Shown in pieces: positions 36,141 through 47,976 of a stretch of 64,000 nt of DNA; within the stretch, counting starts at the first letter, position 1, and each line of letters begins with the position of its first letter. Location of the stretch: positions 32,180 through 96,179 of the forward strand of contig CAWGNT010000026.1 in NCBI GenBank assembly GCA_963824085.1, given 5' to 3'. The notes beneath the pieces are model-generated. The model made no database searches, was not told the origin of the DNA, and saw only the letters and a program-made list of their open reading frames with translations. Origin of the DNA: an uncultured Gammaproteobacteria bacterium (lineage in GTDB: Bacteria; Pseudomonadota; Gammaproteobacteria; Chromatiales; Chromatiaceae). The position numbers and the translations under genes are program-made.

Positions 36141-36968
36141 ATGGCAATCGTTAAGACGAATCCGACCTCCGCTGGGCGACGGTTCATGGTCAAGGTGGTA
36201 TCGCCGGATATCCACAAAGGCGGCCCTCACGAGCCCCTGCTCGACAAGAAGAGCAGGTCGGGCGGGCGCAACAACCATGGACGGATCACCGTGCGACACC
36301 GGGGCGGCGGTCACAAGCAGCACTACCGCATCGTCGACTTCAAACGGTCGAAGGAGGGCGTACCGGCTGTGGTGGAGCGGATCGAGTACGATCCGAATCG
36401 GAGCGCGCACCTCGCCCTGGTAAAGTATCTCGACGGCGAGCGAGCCTACATCATCGCCCCAAAATTGCTCACAGTGGGTCAGCGCATCCAGTCGGGTGAG
36501 GATGCGCCCATAAGCACGGGGAACTGTCTGCCGCTGCGCAATATCCCGGTGGGCACCCAGGTGCATTGCATCGAGATGCGTCCCGGAAAGGGGGCGCAGC
36601 TTGCGCGGGCGGCCGGCAGCTCCGCCCAGCTGATTGCGCGCGAAGGACGGTACGCAACCCTGCGCCTGCGCTCCGGCGAGATGCGTAAGATCCACGCGGA
36701 GTGTCGTGCCGTGATCGGCGAGGTTGGGAATGCCGAGAACAGCTTGCGCAAGCTCGGAAAAGCCGGCGCCGCGCGCTGGCGGGGAATTCGTCCGACGGTG
36801 CGCGGCGTGGTGATGAACCCGGTCGATCACCCGCACGGCGGAGGTGAGGGCCGCACCTCTGGTGGCCGCCATCCGGTCACGCCCTGGGGAGTGCCGACGA
36901 AGGGCCACAAGACCCGCAAGAACAAGCGGACGCAGAAAATGATCGTGCGGCGTCGCGGTCTGAAATAG
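36141..36968 (+). CDS. rplB: 50S ribosomal protein L2
   Basis: [14 protein letters not shown]...; GGGHKQHYR; 275 aa. Confidence 0.97.
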   Translation: MAIVKTNPTSAGRRFMVKVVSPDIHKGGPHEPLLDKKSRSGGRNNHGRITVRHRGGGHKQHYRIVDFKRSKEGVPAVVERIEYDPNRSAHLALVKYLDGERAYIIAPKLLTVGQRIQSGEDAPISTGNCLPLRNIPVGTQVHCIEMRPGKGAQLARAAGSSAQLIAREGRYATLRLRSGEMRKIHAECRAVIGEVGNAENSLRKLGKAGAARWRGIRPTVRGVVMNPVDHPHGGGEGRTSGGRHPVTPWGVPTKGHKTRKNKRTQKMIVRRRGLK

Positions 36969-36986
36969 TCAATCGAGGTTGAGCCA

Positions 36987-37265
36987 GTGCCACGTTCGAT
37001 TCGAAAGGGACCCTTTGTGGACCACCACCTCTTGAAGAAGGTGGAAGAAGCGGTCGCCCAGAATAGCAAGCGACCGATCAAGACTTGGTCGCGGCGATCC
37101 ATGGTGTTGCCGGAGATGGTCGGACTGACGATCGCGGTTCACAACGGGCGCCAGCATGTCCCCGTCCTGGTCAACGAGAACATGATCGGGCACAAGCTTG
37201 GCGAGTTTGCCCTCACTCGGAGCTTCCGCGGTCACGCCGCCGATAGGAAGGCGAAGAAGCGCTAA
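36987..37265 (+). CDS. rpsS: 30S ribosomal protein S19
   Basis: GTG start gives [20 protein letters not shown]. Confidence 0.97.
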   Translation: MPRSIRKGPFVDHHLLKKVEEAVAQNSKRPIKTWSRRSMVLPEMVGLTIAVHNGRQHVPVLVNENMIGHKLGEFALTRSFRGHAADRKAKKR

Positions 37266-37279
37266 GCGAGGACGTGCAC

Positions 37280-37612
37280 ATGCAGGCTGAAGCGAAACTC
37301 AAGTACGCGCGCATCTCGGCGCAGAAGGCGCGCCTGGTTGCGGATCAGATCCGTGGTCTCAAGGTGGAAAAGGCACTCAACGTGCTCTCGTTCAGCGCCA
37401 GGAAGGGGGCCAGCATCATCAAGAAGGTCCTCGAATCGGCGATCGCCAATGCCGAGCACAACGAGGGAGCAGACATCGACGAGCTGAAGGTGGCCGTCGT
37501 CAAGATCGACGAGGGGCCGACGATGAAACGGATTCGCGCCCGCGCCAAGGGCCGCGCCAACCGGGTCATGAAGCGCACCAGCCACATCAGCCTGACTGTG
37601 GCGGAAGAATAG
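37280..37612 (+). CDS. rplV: 50S ribosomal protein L22
   Basis: ORF 37274..37612. ATG at 37280 lies 7 nt after GAGGA; [17 protein letters not shown]. Confidence 0.93.
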   Translation: MQAEAKLKYARISAQKARLVADQIRGLKVEKALNVLSFSARKGASIIKKVLESAIANAEHNEGADIDELKVAVVKIDEGPTMKRIRARAKGRANRVMKRTSHISLTVAEE

Positions 37613-37630
37613 TTTTCGAGAGAGGCCAGC

Positions 37631-38311
37631 ATGGGGCAGAAAGTACATCCAACAGGGATCCGATTGGGGATCGTCAAGGACTGGACCTCCAAGTGGTATG
37701 CCAGCACGCGCGATTACGCGGATGTGTTGAACAAGGATATGGAGGTGCGGGCCTTCCTGAAGAAGCGGCTGGCTCAGGCCTCCGTCAGCCGCATCCAGAT
37801 CAATCGGCCGGCTAAGAACGCGCACATCACGATTCACACGGCCCGTCCCGGGGTGGTGATCGGCAAGAAGGGCGAGGACATCGATGCGCTGCGCAAGGTG
37901 GTGTCCCAGATGATGGGCATCCCGGTGCACATCAGCATCGAGGAGATACGCAAGCCAGAGCTCGATGCCCAGCTGGTGGCAGAGAGCATCGCGCAGCAAC
38001 TCGAGCGGCGCATCATGTTCCGCCGGGCAATGAAAAGGGCCGTGCAGAACACAATGCGGCTGGGTGCCCAGGGCGTCAGGATCAACATCGCCGGCCGTCT
38101 GAACGGGGCGGAGATCGCGCGCAGCGAGTGGTATCGGGAGGGTCGGGTCCCATTGCATACCTTGCGTGCGGACATCGACTATGGGTTCGCCGAGGCGAAG
38201 ACCACCTACGGCGTGCTCGGTGTGAAGGTGTGGATCTTCAAAGGTGAGGTGTTCCCCGGTCAGGAGGCCGAGGAGCCGGCGATCGCGAAGACGGCCGGAA
38301 GAAGGGGTTGA
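37631..38311 (+). CDS. rpsC: 30S ribosomal protein S3
   Basis: [18 protein letters not shown]. Confidence 0.97.
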   Translation: MGQKVHPTGIRLGIVKDWTSKWYASTRDYADVLNKDMEVRAFLKKRLAQASVSRIQINRPAKNAHITIHTARPGVVIGKKGEDIDALRKVVSQMMGIPVHISIEEIRKPELDAQLVAESIAQQLERRIMFRRAMKRAVQNTMRLGAQGVRINIAGRLNGAEIARSEWYREGRVPLHTLRADIDYGFAEAKTTYGVLGVKVWIFKGEVFPGQEAEEPAIAKTAGRRG

Positions 38312-38314
38312 TCC

Positions 38315-38728
38315 ATGCTGCAACCGAAACGCACCAAGTTCAGAAAGCAACACACGGGTCGCAACCGCGGACTTGCGCAGTCCGGGAACCGAGTCAGCTT
38401 CGGGGAGTTCGGCCTCAAGGCGATTACTCGCGGGAGGCTTACTGCCCGGCAGATCGAGGCGGCGCGGCGCGCGATCACACGCCAAGTGCGGCGCGGCGGC
38501 AAGCTGTGGATACGGGTGTTTCCCGATAAGCCGGTCTCCAAGAAGCCCCTGGAGGTGCGCATGGGCAAGGGCAAGGGCAACGTCGAGTACTGGGTTGCCT
38601 TGGTTCAGCCGGGTAAGGTCCTCTATGAGATCGAGGGGGTACCCGAAGACCTCGCCCGCGAGGCCTTCCGGCTCGCCGCCGCAAAGCTGCCGGTGCAAAC
38701 CACGTTTTCGAAGCGGACGGTGATCTGA
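38315..38728 (+). CDS. rplP: 50S ribosomal protein L16
   Basis: [19 protein letters not shown]. Confidence 0.97.
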   Translation: MLQPKRTKFRKQHTGRNRGLAQSGNRVSFGEFGLKAITRGRLTARQIEAARRAITRQVRRGGKLWIRVFPDKPVSKKPLEVRMGKGKGNVEYWVALVQPGKVLYEIEGVPEDLAREAFRLAAAKLPVQTTFSKRTVI

Positions 38729-38928
38729 TGAAGGCCAGAGAACTGAGGCAGAGCTCTCCGGAGGATCTCCGCAAGCAGCTTACGGAGCTGCTGAAGGAGC
38801 AGTTCAACCTGCGGATGCAGAAGGCGACCGGACAGCTCTCGCGGCCGGCGCGAGTGAAGTCGGTGCGTCGTGAGATCGCCCGCATCAGAACCCTGATGCA
38901 CGAACAGAAGGCGGGCAGCGGACTATGA
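38728..38928 (+). CDS. rpmC: 50S ribosomal protein L29
   Basis: 66 aa, [31 protein letters not shown]. Confidence 0.95.
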   Translation: MKARELRQSSPEDLRKQLTELLKEQFNLRMQKATGQLSRPARVKSVRREIARIRTLMHEQKAGSGL

Positions 38929-39191
38929 GCGAAGAAGCAAAGAGCAACCGTAGGTTGACCGGGCGTGTCGTGAGCGATGCGATGGACAAGACCATTACCG
39001 TCCTCGTAGAGCGCCGCGTGCAGCATCCCCTCTACGGCAAGTTCATCCGCCGCACCACGAAGATTCACGCCCATGACGAGGAGAATGCCTGTGGGCGCGG
39101 CGACCTGGTGACGGTGGAGCAGTGCCGGCCCTTGTCCAAGACCAAGACGTGGCGCTTGCTCGCGATCGTCGAGAAGGCACGCTTGGCGTAG
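38925..39191 (+). CDS. rpsQ: 30S ribosomal protein S17
   Basis: 88 aa containing [29 protein letters not shown]. Confidence 0.95.
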   Translation: MSEEAKSNRRLTGRVVSDAMDKTITVLVERRVQHPLYGKFIRRTTKIHAHDEENACGRGDLVTVEQCRPLSKTKTWRLLAIVEKARLA

Positions 39192-39250
39192 CCTTGGGCA
39201 GCAGCCTTCGAGCGGCCGACCTTGCTTAGCGACCCAACAGGACAATAACG

Positions 39251-39619
39251 ATGATTCAGATGCAGACCAGTCTCAGCGTCGCCGACAACAGCGGCGCCAA
39301 GAGGGTGCAGTGCATAAAGGTGCTCGGCGGCTCGCATCGACGCTATGCCGGTATTGGTGACGTGATCAAGGTGACGGTCAAGGACGCAATCCCCCGCGGC
39401 AAGGTGAAGAAGGGGGACGTGTTCAATGCGGTCGTGGTGCGCACGCGCAAAGGGGTGCGCCGCCCCGACGGATCCCTGATTCGGTTCGACGGCAATGCGG
39501 CGGTGTTGCTCAACAACCAGCTGCAGCCCATCGGTACCCGTATCTTCGGACCGGTGACCAGGGAGCTGCGCAGTGAGCGCTTCATGAAGATCATTTCGCT
39601 TGCTCCGGAAGTTTTGTGA
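39251..39619 (+). CDS. rplN: 50S ribosomal protein L14
   Basis: [28 protein letters not shown]. Confidence 0.97.
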   Translation: MIQMQTSLSVADNSGAKRVQCIKVLGGSHRRYAGIGDVIKVTVKDAIPRGKVKKGDVFNAVVVRTRKGVRRPDGSLIRFDGNAAVLLNNQLQPIGTRIFGPVTRELRSERFMKIISLAPEVL

Positions 39620-39631
39620 GGGTTTTGCGAC

Positions 39632-39949
39632 ATGCGCAAGATTAGAAAGGGTGACGACGTCGTCGTCCGAACCGGCAAGGACAAGGGCAAACGGGGTACC
39701 GTGCTGCGTGTCGTCGATGACGAGCACGTGATTGTCGAGAACGTCAACATGGCGAAGAAGCACCAGAAGCCGAATCCGCAACGCGGTGAGCCGGGTGGCA
39801 TCGTCGATAAGGAGATGCCGTTGCACCTGTCCAATGTGGGCCTTTACAACCCAGTGAAGGGTGGCCCGGACCGGGTAGGATTCAAGGTCTTGGAGGACGG
39901 CCGCAAGGTGCGGGTCTTTCGGTCCGGCGGAGAAACGGTCGACGCCTAG
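39632..39949 (+). CDS. rplX: 50S ribosomal protein L24
   Basis: [24 protein letters not shown] (KOW motif). Confidence 0.97.
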   Translation: MRKIRKGDDVVVRTGKDKGKRGTVLRVVDDEHVIVENVNMAKKHQKPNPQRGEPGGIVDKEMPLHLSNVGLYNPVKGGPDRVGFKVLEDGRKVRVFRSGGETVDA

Positions 39950-39961
39950 GTGAGTGGGGTC

Positions 39962-40501
39962 ATGTCCAGATTGCAGAGTGAATACCGCGAGAAGATCGTC
40001 GGGCAGCTGAAGGAGCGCTTCGGCTACGACAGCATCATGCAGGTACCCAGGATCGAGAAGGTCACCTTAAATATGGGCGTTGGCGAGGCCATCGCGGACA
40101 AGAAGGTGATGGACAACGCGGTGTCGGATCTGCGCCGGATCGCCGGCCAGCAGCCAATCGTGACCAACGCGCGCAAGTCGGTCGCTGCCTTCAAGATCCG
40201 CGAAGGCTGGCCTATCGGGTGCAAGGTTACGTTGCGGCGCGAGCGGATGTACGAGTTTCTCGATCGCCTCATCAACATCGCGATTCCCCGTATCCGTGAC
40301 TTCCGAGGGCTGAATCCCAAGGCATTCGATGGGCGGGGCAATTACAGCATCGGCGTGCGCGAGCAGATCATCTTCCCCGAGATCGACTACGACAAGATCG
40401 ATGCGCTGCGTGGGCTCGATATCACGATCACGACCACGGCCGGGAGCGACGAAGAGGGACGGGCGTTGCTCGATGCCTTCAAGTTTCCCTTTAGGAGCTG
40501 A
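39962..40501 (+). CDS. rplE: 50S ribosomal protein L5
   Basis: ORF 39950..40501. ATG at 39962 gives a 179-aa protein aligning with E. coli L5 ([18 protein letters not shown]); GTG at 39950 is possible. Confidence 0.93.
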   Translation: MSRLQSEYREKIVGQLKERFGYDSIMQVPRIEKVTLNMGVGEAIADKKVMDNAVSDLRRIAGQQPIVTNARKSVAAFKIREGWPIGCKVTLRRERMYEFLDRLINIAIPRIRDFRGLNPKAFDGRGNYSIGVREQIIFPEIDYDKIDALRGLDITITTTAGSDEEGRALLDAFKFPFRS

Positions 40502-40510
40502 GAACGGAAC

Positions 40511-40816
40511 ATGGCGAAAAAGAGCATGGTGGCGCGAGATGTCAAACGCGCCCGAATCATAGCCAAGTATGCCGCCAAGCGGGCGGCCTTGAAGGCGGTC
40601 GTCGACGATCGAAGCTCCACCCAGGAGCAAGTCGAAGAGGCGCTGCTTCGGCTGCAAAAGCTTCCGCGGGATGCGAGTCCCACGCGGCAGCAGCGCCGTT
40701 GTCGGGTGACTGGGCGGCCGCATGCCGTCTATCGCAAGTTTGGGCTGTCCCGCAACAAGCTGCGCGAAGCGGTCATGCGCGGTGATGTCCCTGGGGTCGT
40801 CAAGGCCAGTTGGTAG
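40511..40816 (+). CDS. rpsN: 30S ribosomal protein S14 (long form)
   Basis: 101 aa, [14 protein letters not shown]...[19 protein letters not shown]...KASW. Confidence 0.97.
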   Translation: MAKKSMVARDVKRARIIAKYAAKRAALKAVVDDRSSTQEQVEEALLRLQKLPRDASPTRQQRRCRVTGRPHAVYRKFGLSRNKLREAVMRGDVPGVVKASW

Positions 40817-40958
40817 CGCCGTTGGTGCCGGGCCTGTCCAGCCCAGATGCGCGGGCGGATAGGGCGAAGACGCCACACGCGCCTTCGAGGTTGAACGAGT
40901 CATTGTCTGGACAGGTGGGTATCGCGTCGTAACGACGGGCTGACCCTAGGAGTCGCAC

Positions 40959-41354
40959 ATGAGTATGTCGGATCCCATTGCGGATATGCTGACCAGAATC
41001 CGCAACGCGCAGATTCGCGGCAAGGTCACCATCACCATGCCGTCTTCCAAGCAGAAGCTGGCCATCGCCAATCTCCTGAAGGACGAGGGATACGTCTCGG
41101 AGGTGTCCGTTGAGTCGGAAGGCGACAAGCCGCAGTTGGTGATCAAGCTCAAGTACCACCGAGGCAAGCCGGTTATCGAGTATTTGAAACGCGTGTCACG
41201 TCCGGGGCTGCGCGTCTATCGGGGGAAGGACGAGCTCCCGAACGTGTGGGCCGGGCTCGGCGTGGCTATCGTGTCCACCTCCCAGGGTTTGATGACCGAT
41301 CGGGCGGCGCGTAAGGCTGGGCACGGGGGCGAGATCATCGCCTACGTGGCCTGA
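40959..41354 (+). CDS. rpsH: 30S ribosomal protein S8
   Basis: [18 protein letters not shown]. Confidence 0.97.
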   Translation: MSMSDPIADMLTRIRNAQIRGKVTITMPSSKQKLAIANLLKDEGYVSEVSVESEGDKPQLVIKLKYHRGKPVIEYLKRVSRPGLRVYRGKDELPNVWAGLGVAIVSTSQGLMTDRAARKAGHGGEIIAYVA

Positions 41355-41371
41355 TCGATAGGAGGCGCGAC

Positions 41372-41905
41372 ATGTCAAGAATTGCGAAGGCACCCATCGC
41401 CGTGCCCACGGCCGTCAAGGTAGACGTCTCCGGACAGGAGGTCACGGTCAGTGGCCCAAAGGGCTCTCTTGGTTGGACTGTGCACCCCAAGGTCAGCGTG
41501 GCGCACGAAGACGGACACCTGAAGGTGGCACCCGCGGTGCAAAGCCACCAGGCTTGGGCGCTGGCGGGGACGACCCGTGCGCTGTTGAGCAACATGGTGA
41601 CCGGGGCGGGCAGCGGATTTGCGCGCAAGCTCACCCTGGTGGGCGTGGGATACCGCGCACAAGCGCAGGGTAAGGTCTTGAATCTGAGTCTCGGTTTCTC
41701 GCACCCGATCAACTATACGGTGCCGGAGGGTATCGAGATCACCACCCCGTCGCCAACGGAGATCGTGGTGAGCGGTGCGGACAAGCAGCGGGTCGGGCAG
41801 GTGGCCTCGGAGATTCGCGGATTTCGCCCGCCTGAGCCTTACAAGGGCAAAGGCGTCCGATACAGCGACGAGCGCGTCCTGCGCAAAGAAGCGAAGAAGA
41901 AGTAA
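41372..41905 (+). CDS. rplF: 50S ribosomal protein L6
   Basis: [31 protein letters not shown]. Confidence 0.97.
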   Translation: MSRIAKAPIAVPTAVKVDVSGQEVTVSGPKGSLGWTVHPKVSVAHEDGHLKVAPAVQSHQAWALAGTTRALLSNMVTGAGSGFARKLTLVGVGYRAQAQGKVLNLSLGFSHPINYTVPEGIEITTPSPTEIVVSGADKQRVGQVASEIRGFRPPEPYKGKGVRYSDERVLRKEAKKK

Positions 41906-41916
41906 GGAGCCGAGAG

Positions 41917-42273
41917 ATGGACAAGAAGCAAGCCCGCATGCGCCGCGCGGCGCGAGCCCGGGCCAAGATTCGCGAGCTCGGTGTCTACCGTCTGTGCGTC
42001 CACCGCACGCCGCGGCACATGTACGCGCAGGTCATCGCTCCGGGCGGGGGCAAGGTAGTCGCGAGCGCATCGACAGTCGAGAAGGAGCTCCGTCCGACCG
42101 CCAAAGGGAGCTCGGGCAATATCACTGCGGCCACGGCCGTCGGCAAGACGATCGCGGAGCGCGCGCGCGCGGCTGGGGTCGAGCGGGTCGCCTTTGATCG
42201 CTCCGGGTTCCGCTACCACGGGCGTGTGAAGGCACTGGCTGACGCGGCACGGGAAGGCGGACTGCAAATCTAA
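41917..42273 (+). CDS. rplR: 50S ribosomal protein L18
   Basis: 118 aa; [16 protein letters not shown]; C-terminal [24 protein letters not shown]. Confidence 0.97.
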   Translation: MDKKQARMRRAARARAKIRELGVYRLCVHRTPRHMYAQVIAPGGGKVVASASTVEKELRPTAKGSSGNITAATAVGKTIAERARAAGVERVAFDRSGFRYHGRVKALADAAREGGLQI

Positions 42274-42283
42274 GGGTTCCAAG

Positions 42284-42790
42284 ATGGCGAGTTACAATCC
42301 GAAGCCGGAAGGCGATGAATTTCTGGAGAAGCTGGTAGCGGTCAACCGCGTCGCCAAGGTGGTGAAGGGCGGTCGCCAATTCGGTTTCTCGGCACTCACG
42401 GTCGTAGGCGACGGCAAGGGTCGCGTCGGGTTCGGTACCGGGAAGGCGCGCGAGGTCCCGGTGGCCATCCAGAAGGCCATGGAAAGTGCCCGCAAGAATC
42501 TGGTCGACATCCGCCTCAAAGGAACCACTCTGCAGTATCCGACGGTGGGTCGGCACGGGGCCGCGAAGGTCTTCATGCAGCCGGCCTCGGACGGTACAGG
42601 CATCATCGCCGGCGGTGCAATGCGCGCCGTGTTCGAGGTGCTCGGCGTGCAGAACGTGCTTGCCAAGTGTATCGGCACCAACAATCCCATGAACGTGGTT
42701 CAGGCTACGATCGGCGGCCTGCAGAACATGTCCGATGCGGAGAGCGTCGCCGCCAAACGCGGTAAGACCGTCGAGGAAATCCTGGGGTAA
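42284..42790 (+). CDS. rpsE: 30S ribosomal protein S5
   Basis: 168 aa containing [27 protein letters not shown]. Confidence 0.97.
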   Translation: MASYNPKPEGDEFLEKLVAVNRVAKVVKGGRQFGFSALTVVGDGKGRVGFGTGKAREVPVAIQKAMESARKNLVDIRLKGTTLQYPTVGRHGAAKVFMQPASDGTGIIAGGAMRAVFEVLGVQNVLAKCIGTNNPMNVVQATIGGLQNMSDAESVAAKRGKTVEEILG

Positions 42791-42793
42791 CCG

Positions 42794-43000
42794 ATGGCAG
42801 ACAAGAAGACGATGAGGGTTAGTCTGGTGCGCAGCGTCCACGGTCGTTTGGCCTCGCACCAGGCTTGCGTGCGCGGGCTTGGCTTGCGGCGTATGCACCA
42901 GGTCGTCGAGGTCGAGGACACACCCGAGACCCGCGGCATGGTGAACAAGGTCTCCTATATGGTCCGGGTGTTGGAGGAATCCTCACATGCACCTCAATGA
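42794..43000 (+). CDS. rpmD: 50S ribosomal protein L30
   Basis: [29 protein letters not shown]. The tail overlaps the rplO start by 14 nt. Confidence 0.9.
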   Translation: MADKKTMRVSLVRSVHGRLASHQACVRGLGLRRMHQVVEVEDTPETRGMVNKVSYMVRVLEESSHAPQ

Positions 43001-43421
43001 GCTCAAGCCCGCCGCAGGCGGGAAGCGCCCGGCGAAGCGCGTCGGCCGCGGCATCGGCAGCGGCCTCGGCAAGACCGCCGGGCGTGGCCACAAGGGCCAA
43101 AGGGCGCGCGCCGGCGGTTTTCACAAGGTCGGGTTCGAAGGCGGGCAGATGCCGCTACAGCGGCGCCTGCCGAAGATCGGCTTCCGCTCCCGAAAGTCGC
43201 AGGAGCGCGACCAGATTCGGCTGCACGAGTTGCGGCGAGTCGACGGCGACCTGGTGGACATGAAGGCGCTCCTCGCTGCCGGACTCATCGGCGCGGGCAC
43301 CCGCGTGGTGAAGATCATCGCTTCCGGGTCCATCGACCGCGCCCTGACGGTGCGCGGAGTGGGCGTGACCAAAGGCGCTCGCGCCGCCATCGAGGCGGCG
43401 GGCGGTACCGTCGAGGCCTAA
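42987..43421 (+). CDS. rplO: 50S ribosomal protein L15
   Basis: [30 protein letters not shown]. Confidence 0.97.
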   Translation: MHLNELKPAAGGKRPAKRVGRGIGSGLGKTAGRGHKGQRARAGGFHKVGFEGGQMPLQRRLPKIGFRSRKSQERDQIRLHELRRVDGDLVDMKALLAAGLIGAGTRVVKIIASGSIDRALTVRGVGVTKGARAAIEAAGGTVEA

Positions 43422-43442
43422 CGAGAACACCCGCATAATCTG

Positions 43443-44795
43443 ATGGCTCGCAACACCAATTCTATGGTCGGCGCGCTCAGCGGGATGGGGCGGCTCACCG
43501 AGCTGCGCCAGCGGCTGCTGTTCCTGTTGGGTGCGCTCCTCGTTTATCGCATCGGGACATTCATACCCGTGCCGGGGGTGAATCCCGAGGCGCTCGCGAT
43601 CTTGTTCGAGCAGAACCAGGGATCCATCCTTGATATGTTCAACATGTTCTCGGGTGGCGCCCTACAGCGGGCGAGCCTTCTTGCGCTCGGGATCATGCCC
43701 TACATCTCCGCGTCCATCATCGTGCAGCTCATGAGCTCGGTCATTCCGAAGCTTGAGCAGCTAAAAAAGGAGGGGGAGCAGGGACGCCGCAAGATCACCC
43801 AGTACACGCGCTACGGGACCGTCTTCCTCGCGACCTTCCAGGCCATCGGCATCTCGATCGCCCTGCAGGGACAGTCGGCGGGCGGATCCGCTATCGTCAC
43901 TCATACAGGGTACGGTTTCGTATTCACGGCCACCGTGTCGTTGGTCACAGGTACCATGTTCTTGATGTGGCTCGGCGAGCAGATCACCGAGCGCGGCATC
44001 GGCAACGGCATTTCACTCATCATCTTCGCGGGCATCGTTGCGGGCTTACCGCGGGCCATTGGCGGCACCCTCGAGCTCGTGCGCACCGGTGAGATGAACG
44101 CGCTCGCGGTGCTAGCGCTCTTTGCGCTGGTATTGGCCGTCACCGCCTTCGTTGTCTTCGTCGAGCGTGGTCAGCGACGAATTACGGTGAATTACGCACG
44201 GCGCCAGCAAGGCAGGCGAATGCTTGCCGCCCAGAGCACCCACCTCCCGCTCAAGCTCAATATGGCGGGCGTGATTCCGCCAATCTTCGCCTCGAGCATC
44301 ATCCTGTTTCCGGGGACGCTGGGGAAGTGGTTCGGGACATCGGAGAACTTTCGCTGGCTGCAAGACTTCACGAGCAAACTCGCCCCCGGCGAGCCCATCT
44401 ACGTCATCCTATATTCATTGGCCATCGTGTTTTTCTGCTTCTTCTACACGGCACTCGTGTTCAACGCGAAGGAGACGGCGGATAATCTGAAGCGCTCCGG
44501 CGCTTTTGTCCCAGGTATCCGTCCGGGCGAGCAGACGGCCCGCTACATCGACGGAGTCATGACGCGCCTCACCGCGGCGGGTGCCCTCTATATCACTGCG
44601 GTGTGTCTCTTGCCGGAGTTCCTCATCGTGGGCTGGAATGTGCCCTTCTATTTCGGCGGTACCTCGTTATTGATCGTTGTGGTCGTTGTCATGGACTTCA
44701 TGGCACAGGTGCAGGCTCACCTCATGTCACACCAGTACGAGGGGCTGATGAAGAAGGCCAATCTCAAAGCACCGGGTGCGGGGATGATCCGCTAA
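43443..44795 (+). CDS. secY: preprotein translocase subunit SecY
   Basis: 450 aa, 10 TM segments, [25 protein letters not shown]. Confidence 0.97.
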   Translation: MARNTNSMVGALSGMGRLTELRQRLLFLLGALLVYRIGTFIPVPGVNPEALAILFEQNQGSILDMFNMFSGGALQRASLLALGIMPYISASIIVQLMSSVIPKLEQLKKEGEQGRRKITQYTRYGTVFLATFQAIGISIALQGQSAGGSAIVTHTGYGFVFTATVSLVTGTMFLMWLGEQITERGIGNGISLIIFAGIVAGLPRAIGGTLELVRTGEMNALAVLALFALVLAVTAFVVFVERGQRRITVNYARRQQGRRMLAAQSTHLPLKLNMAGVIPPIFASSIILFPGTLGKWFGTSENFRWLQDFTSKLAPGEPIYVILYSLAIVFFCFFYTALVFNAKETADNLKRSGAFVPGIRPGEQTARYIDGVMTRLTAAGALYITAVCLLPEFLIVGWNVPFYFGGTSLLIVVVVVMDFMAQVQAHLMSHQYEGLMKKANLKAPGAGMIR

Positions 44796-44839
44796 CGACC
44801 TGGGGCAACGGATACAAGTAGTTGACGGGAGTAGACGGT

Positions 44840-44953
44840 ATGAAGGTCAGGGCTTCGGTAAAGCGGGTCTGTCGCCATTGCAAGGTCATACGCCGGAATG
44901 GGATTGTGCGGGTGATCTGTAAGGACCCAAAGCACAAGCAACGCCAGGGCTGA
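44840..44953 (+). CDS. rpmJ: 50S ribosomal protein L36
   Basis: Not in the ORF track (37 aa). Translated by hand: [37 protein letters not shown], with the zinc-ribbon Cys/His pattern; canonical position after secY. Confidence 0.93.
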   Translation: MKVRASVKRVCRHCKVIRRNGIVRVICKDPKHKQRQG

Positions 44954-45038
44954 CGCCTTTTCGTTGATTTTTCCTGTAGTTCTGGTATTCTGCGCTGTTT
45001 TCGCGCGCCGCGCGTGAACGGACTGGAGATCGTAGAGA

Positions 45039-45395
45039 ATGGCCCGTATTGCCGGTGTCAATATTCCCGATAGGAAGCATGCCGTCATCGCCTTGACGGC
45101 GATTTACGGCGTCGGTCGTACCCGCGCTGCCGAGATTTGCAACGGCGCTGGGGTGGCTCTGGATGCCAGGATTCGGGACCTCACGGAGGAGGAGGTCGAC
45201 AAGCTCCGCGCCGAAGTCGCCAAGCTTAGCGTCGAAGGCGATTTGCGCCGAGAGGTGTCGATGAACATCAAGCGTCTCATGGACCTCGGGTGCAACCGAG
45301 GCATCCGGCACCGGCGTGGGCTGCCGCTTCGCGGGCAGCGCACGCGGACCAACGCGCGCACCCGCAAGGGACCGCGGCGACCGATCAAGAGATAA
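45039..45395 (+). CDS. rpsM: 30S ribosomal protein S13
   Basis: [26 protein letters not shown]. Confidence 0.97.
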   Translation: MARIAGVNIPDRKHAVIALTAIYGVGRTRAAEICNGAGVALDARIRDLTEEEVDKLRAEVAKLSVEGDLRREVSMNIKRLMDLGCNRGIRHRRGLPLRGQRTRTNARTRKGPRRPIKR

Positions 45396-45432
45396 CAAGC
45401 GCTTGGGCTCAAGAGACCATTGGTAAGATTTG

Positions 45433-45819
45433 ATGGCAAAACCGACCCGTACTCGCAAGAAGGTAAAGAAGCAGGTGGCCGATGGTATTGCCCACGTCCA
45501 TGCTTCCTTCAATAACACCATCATTACCATCACGGACCGTCAAGGTAACGTGCTTGGCTGGGCGACGGCAGGGGGTTCCGGCTTCCGCGGCTCCAGGAAG
45601 AGCACTCCCTTTGCGGCGCAGGTGGCGGCGGATCGGGTTGGACAGGCCGTCAAGGAGTTCGGTCTTCGCAATCTCGATGTCAATGTGAAGGGCCCCGGAC
45701 CCGGACGGGAGTCGTCCGTACGGGCACTCAACAATGCGGGTTTCAAGATCACCAGCATCACCGACGTGACGCCCATACCCCATAACGGGTGTCGACCGCC
45801 CAAGAAGCGGCGCGTCTAA
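45433..45819 (+). CDS. rpsK: 30S ribosomal protein S11
   Basis: ORF 45430..45819. ATG at 45433 gives [35 protein letters not shown]. Confidence 0.96.
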   Translation: MAKPTRTRKKVKKQVADGIAHVHASFNNTIITITDRQGNVLGWATAGGSGFRGSRKSTPFAAQVAADRVGQAVKEFGLRNLDVNVKGPGPGRESSVRALNNAGFKITSITDVTPIPHNGCRPPKKRRV

Positions 45820-45838
45820 GAATCGGGCAGGAATAGAC

Positions 45839-46459
45839 ATGGCAAGGTACACAGGTCCCACCTGCAAGCTGGCGCGGCGCGAGGGGACGGATCTCTCGCT
45901 CAAGAGCCGCGCCCGCTCGTTGGACACAAAGTGCAACTTGGAAAAGCTGCCGGGGCAGTCCGGTGATCGCCGCCGGCGATTGTCGGATTACGGGGGGCAG
46001 CTGCGGGAGAAACAGAAGGTCCGCCGCATCTACGGTGTGATGGAGAAGCAGTTCCGCAACTATTACCAGAAGGCTGCCGGTACCAAGGGCGCTACGGGCG
46101 AGAACCTGCTGCGGCTCCTGGAGCGGCGGCTCGACAACGTTGTTTACCGTATGGGGTTCGGCGCTACCCGTCCCGAGGCACGGCAGCTGGTCAGCCACAA
46201 GGGAATCCTGGTTAACGGGAAGACGGTCAATATTCCCTCTTATCTCGTCAGCGAAGAGGACCAGATCGAGGTCCGGGAAAAGGCCAAGAAGCAGGTCCGC
46301 GTGCAGAATGCCCTGGCCTTGGCCGAGCAATACGGCTTTGTCGACTGGATCGAAGTGGACACGAATGCCCTGAAGGGCGTTTTGAAGCGCATTCCCGACC
46401 GCTCGGACCTCCCGGCAGACATCAATGAATCGCTGATCGTGGAGTTGTACTCCAAGTAA
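45839..46459 (+). CDS. rpsD: 30S ribosomal protein S4
   Basis: [19 protein letters not shown]. Confidence 0.97.
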   Translation: MARYTGPTCKLARREGTDLSLKSRARSLDTKCNLEKLPGQSGDRRRRLSDYGGQLREKQKVRRIYGVMEKQFRNYYQKAAGTKGATGENLLRLLERRLDNVVYRMGFGATRPEARQLVSHKGILVNGKTVNIPSYLVSEEDQIEVREKAKKQVRVQNALALAEQYGFVDWIEVDTNALKGVLKRIPDRSDLPADINESLIVELYSK

Positions 46460-46483
46460 GAAGGGACGGAGAGGGTTTTTTGC

Positions 46484-47494
46484 ATGGCTGATGCTGTTAG
46501 CGACTTCCTCAAGCCGCGGATCGTCAAGGTAGAGCCGGTTGATGGGAAGCGCAGTCATGCTCGGGTTTCACTCGAGCCGCTCGAGCGCGGTTTCGGTCAC
46601 ACCCTGGGCAACGCACTGCGCCGTATCCTTCTGTCCTCCATGTCGGGCTGCGCGGTCACAGAGGTAGAGATCCAAGGGGTCCTGCATGAATACACCACCC
46701 TCGAGGGTGTGCAAGAGGATGTGCTGGAGATCCTGCTCAACCTTAAAGACCTCGCGATCTCGATGAAGGGTAAGGACGAGGCGACCTTTACCCTCTCCAA
46801 GAAGGGGCCTGGTCCGGTGCTGGCGGGGGATATCGCCCTCGACCATACGGCGGAGATCACCAATCCGGGGCTGGTAGTTGCCAACATCACCGGCGACACC
46901 ACGCTCAGCATGACACTCACCGTGCGGCGCGGCCGCGGCTATGAGCCCGCTACTGCGAGGGAAGACGATTCCGCGGACCGTCCGATCGGAAAGCTGCAGC
47001 TTGATGCGTCATTCAGCCCGATCCGGCGCGTCGCAATCGACGTCCAATCCGCCCGTGTCGAGCAGCGTACGGACCTGGATCGACTGGTCATCGACCTAGA
47101 GACCAATGGCACGATCGATCCGAAGGGCGCGATTCAGAAGGCCGCGGCTATCTTGCGAGATCAGCTCTCCAGCTTCGTTGCCCTAGAGGGGTCGGCGCCT
47201 AGTGAGCTTGGCGAGGAGTTGAGCTCCGTCCAGCCGCCGATCGACCCCATATTGTTGAGGCCGGTGGACGACTTGGAGCTGACTGTGCGTTCTGCCAACT
47301 GTCTGAAGGCCGAGAACATCTATCTGATCGGCGATCTCATTCAGCGCACCGAAGTGGAGCTGCTCAAGACGCCGAACCTTGGCAAGAAGTCCCTCACGGA
47401 GATCAAAGACGTGCTGGCGACACGAGGCCTCTCGCTGGGTATGCGTTTGGAGAACTGGCCGCCTGAGAACATCGACGAGCTTGCCGTTAAATAA
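46484..47494 (+). CDS. rpoA: DNA-directed RNA polymerase subunit alpha
   Basis: 336 aa containing [28 protein letters not shown] and the C-terminal-domain motif [12 protein letters not shown]. Confidence 0.97.
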   Translation: MADAVSDFLKPRIVKVEPVDGKRSHARVSLEPLERGFGHTLGNALRRILLSSMSGCAVTEVEIQGVLHEYTTLEGVQEDVLEILLNLKDLAISMKGKDEATFTLSKKGPGPVLAGDIALDHTAEITNPGLVVANITGDTTLSMTLTVRRGRGYEPATAREDDSADRPIGKLQLDASFSPIRRVAIDVQSARVEQRTDLDRLVIDLETNGTIDPKGAIQKAAAILRDQLSSFVALEGSAPSELGEELSSVQPPIDPILLRPVDDLELTVRSANCLKAENIYLIGDLIQRTEVELLKTPNLGKKSLTEIKDVLATRGLSLGMRLENWPPENIDELAVK

Positions 47495-47521
47495 GCACGA
47501 CCGTACCCCGGGGACAAGATC

Positions 47522-47914
47522 ATGCGCCACCGCAAGACCGGAAGGCACCTGAACCGAACCAGCGCACATCGCGACGCTATGTTTCGCAACATGGCGTGCT
47601 CGCTTTTCCGCCACGAGCTCATCAGGACAACTGTTCCCAAGGCGAAGGAGCTGCGGCGGGTCGCCGAGCCTTTGATCACGATGGCGAAGACGGACTCCGT
47701 TCATAAGCGGAGGGTTGCCTTCTCCCGTCTGCGAGACAAAGAAGCGGTCGGCAAGCTCTTCGGCGAGCTCGGCCCTCGCTATGAGGCGCGTCCGGGCGGC
47801 TATCTGCGGATACTGAAATGTGGATTCCGAGCCGGAGATGCGGCGCCGATGGCCTATGTGGAGCTGGTAGATCGGCCCGCGCCTGCGGAGGGCGCGGCGA
47901 CAGACGGGGATTAG
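47522..47914 (+). CDS. rplQ: 50S ribosomal protein L17
   Basis: [24 protein letters not shown]. Confidence 0.97.
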   Translation: MRHRKTGRHLNRTSAHRDAMFRNMACSLFRHELIRTTVPKAKELRRVAEPLITMAKTDSVHKRRVAFSRLRDKEAVGKLFGELGPRYEARPGGYLRILKCGFRAGDAAPMAYVELVDRPAPAEGAATDGD

Positions 47915-47940
47915 TGTGCCGCCGCGTCTCAGCAACGACA

Positions 47941-47961
47941 CCGGGCTTTGCCCGGTTTCTT
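47941..47961 (+). terminator. rho-independent terminator of the alpha operon
   Basis: CCGGGC-TTT-GCCCGG followed by TTTCTT, 27 nt after the rplQ stop. Confidence 0.7.
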
Positions 47962-47976
47962 GTCTCAGGGATTAAC

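Noticed and set aside
35241-36908. 555-aa ORF antisense to rplD-rplW-rplB. Similar long antisense or off-frame ORFs include 37262..38698, 32791..34167, 15922..16911, 28134..29117, 22088..23047 and 1082..2101.
   Set aside because: They overlap strongly conserved genes on the other strand and have Arg/Pro/His/Gly-rich low-complexity composition with no start-site signals. This is the expected stop-codon-poor antisense frame of a ~65% GC genome.
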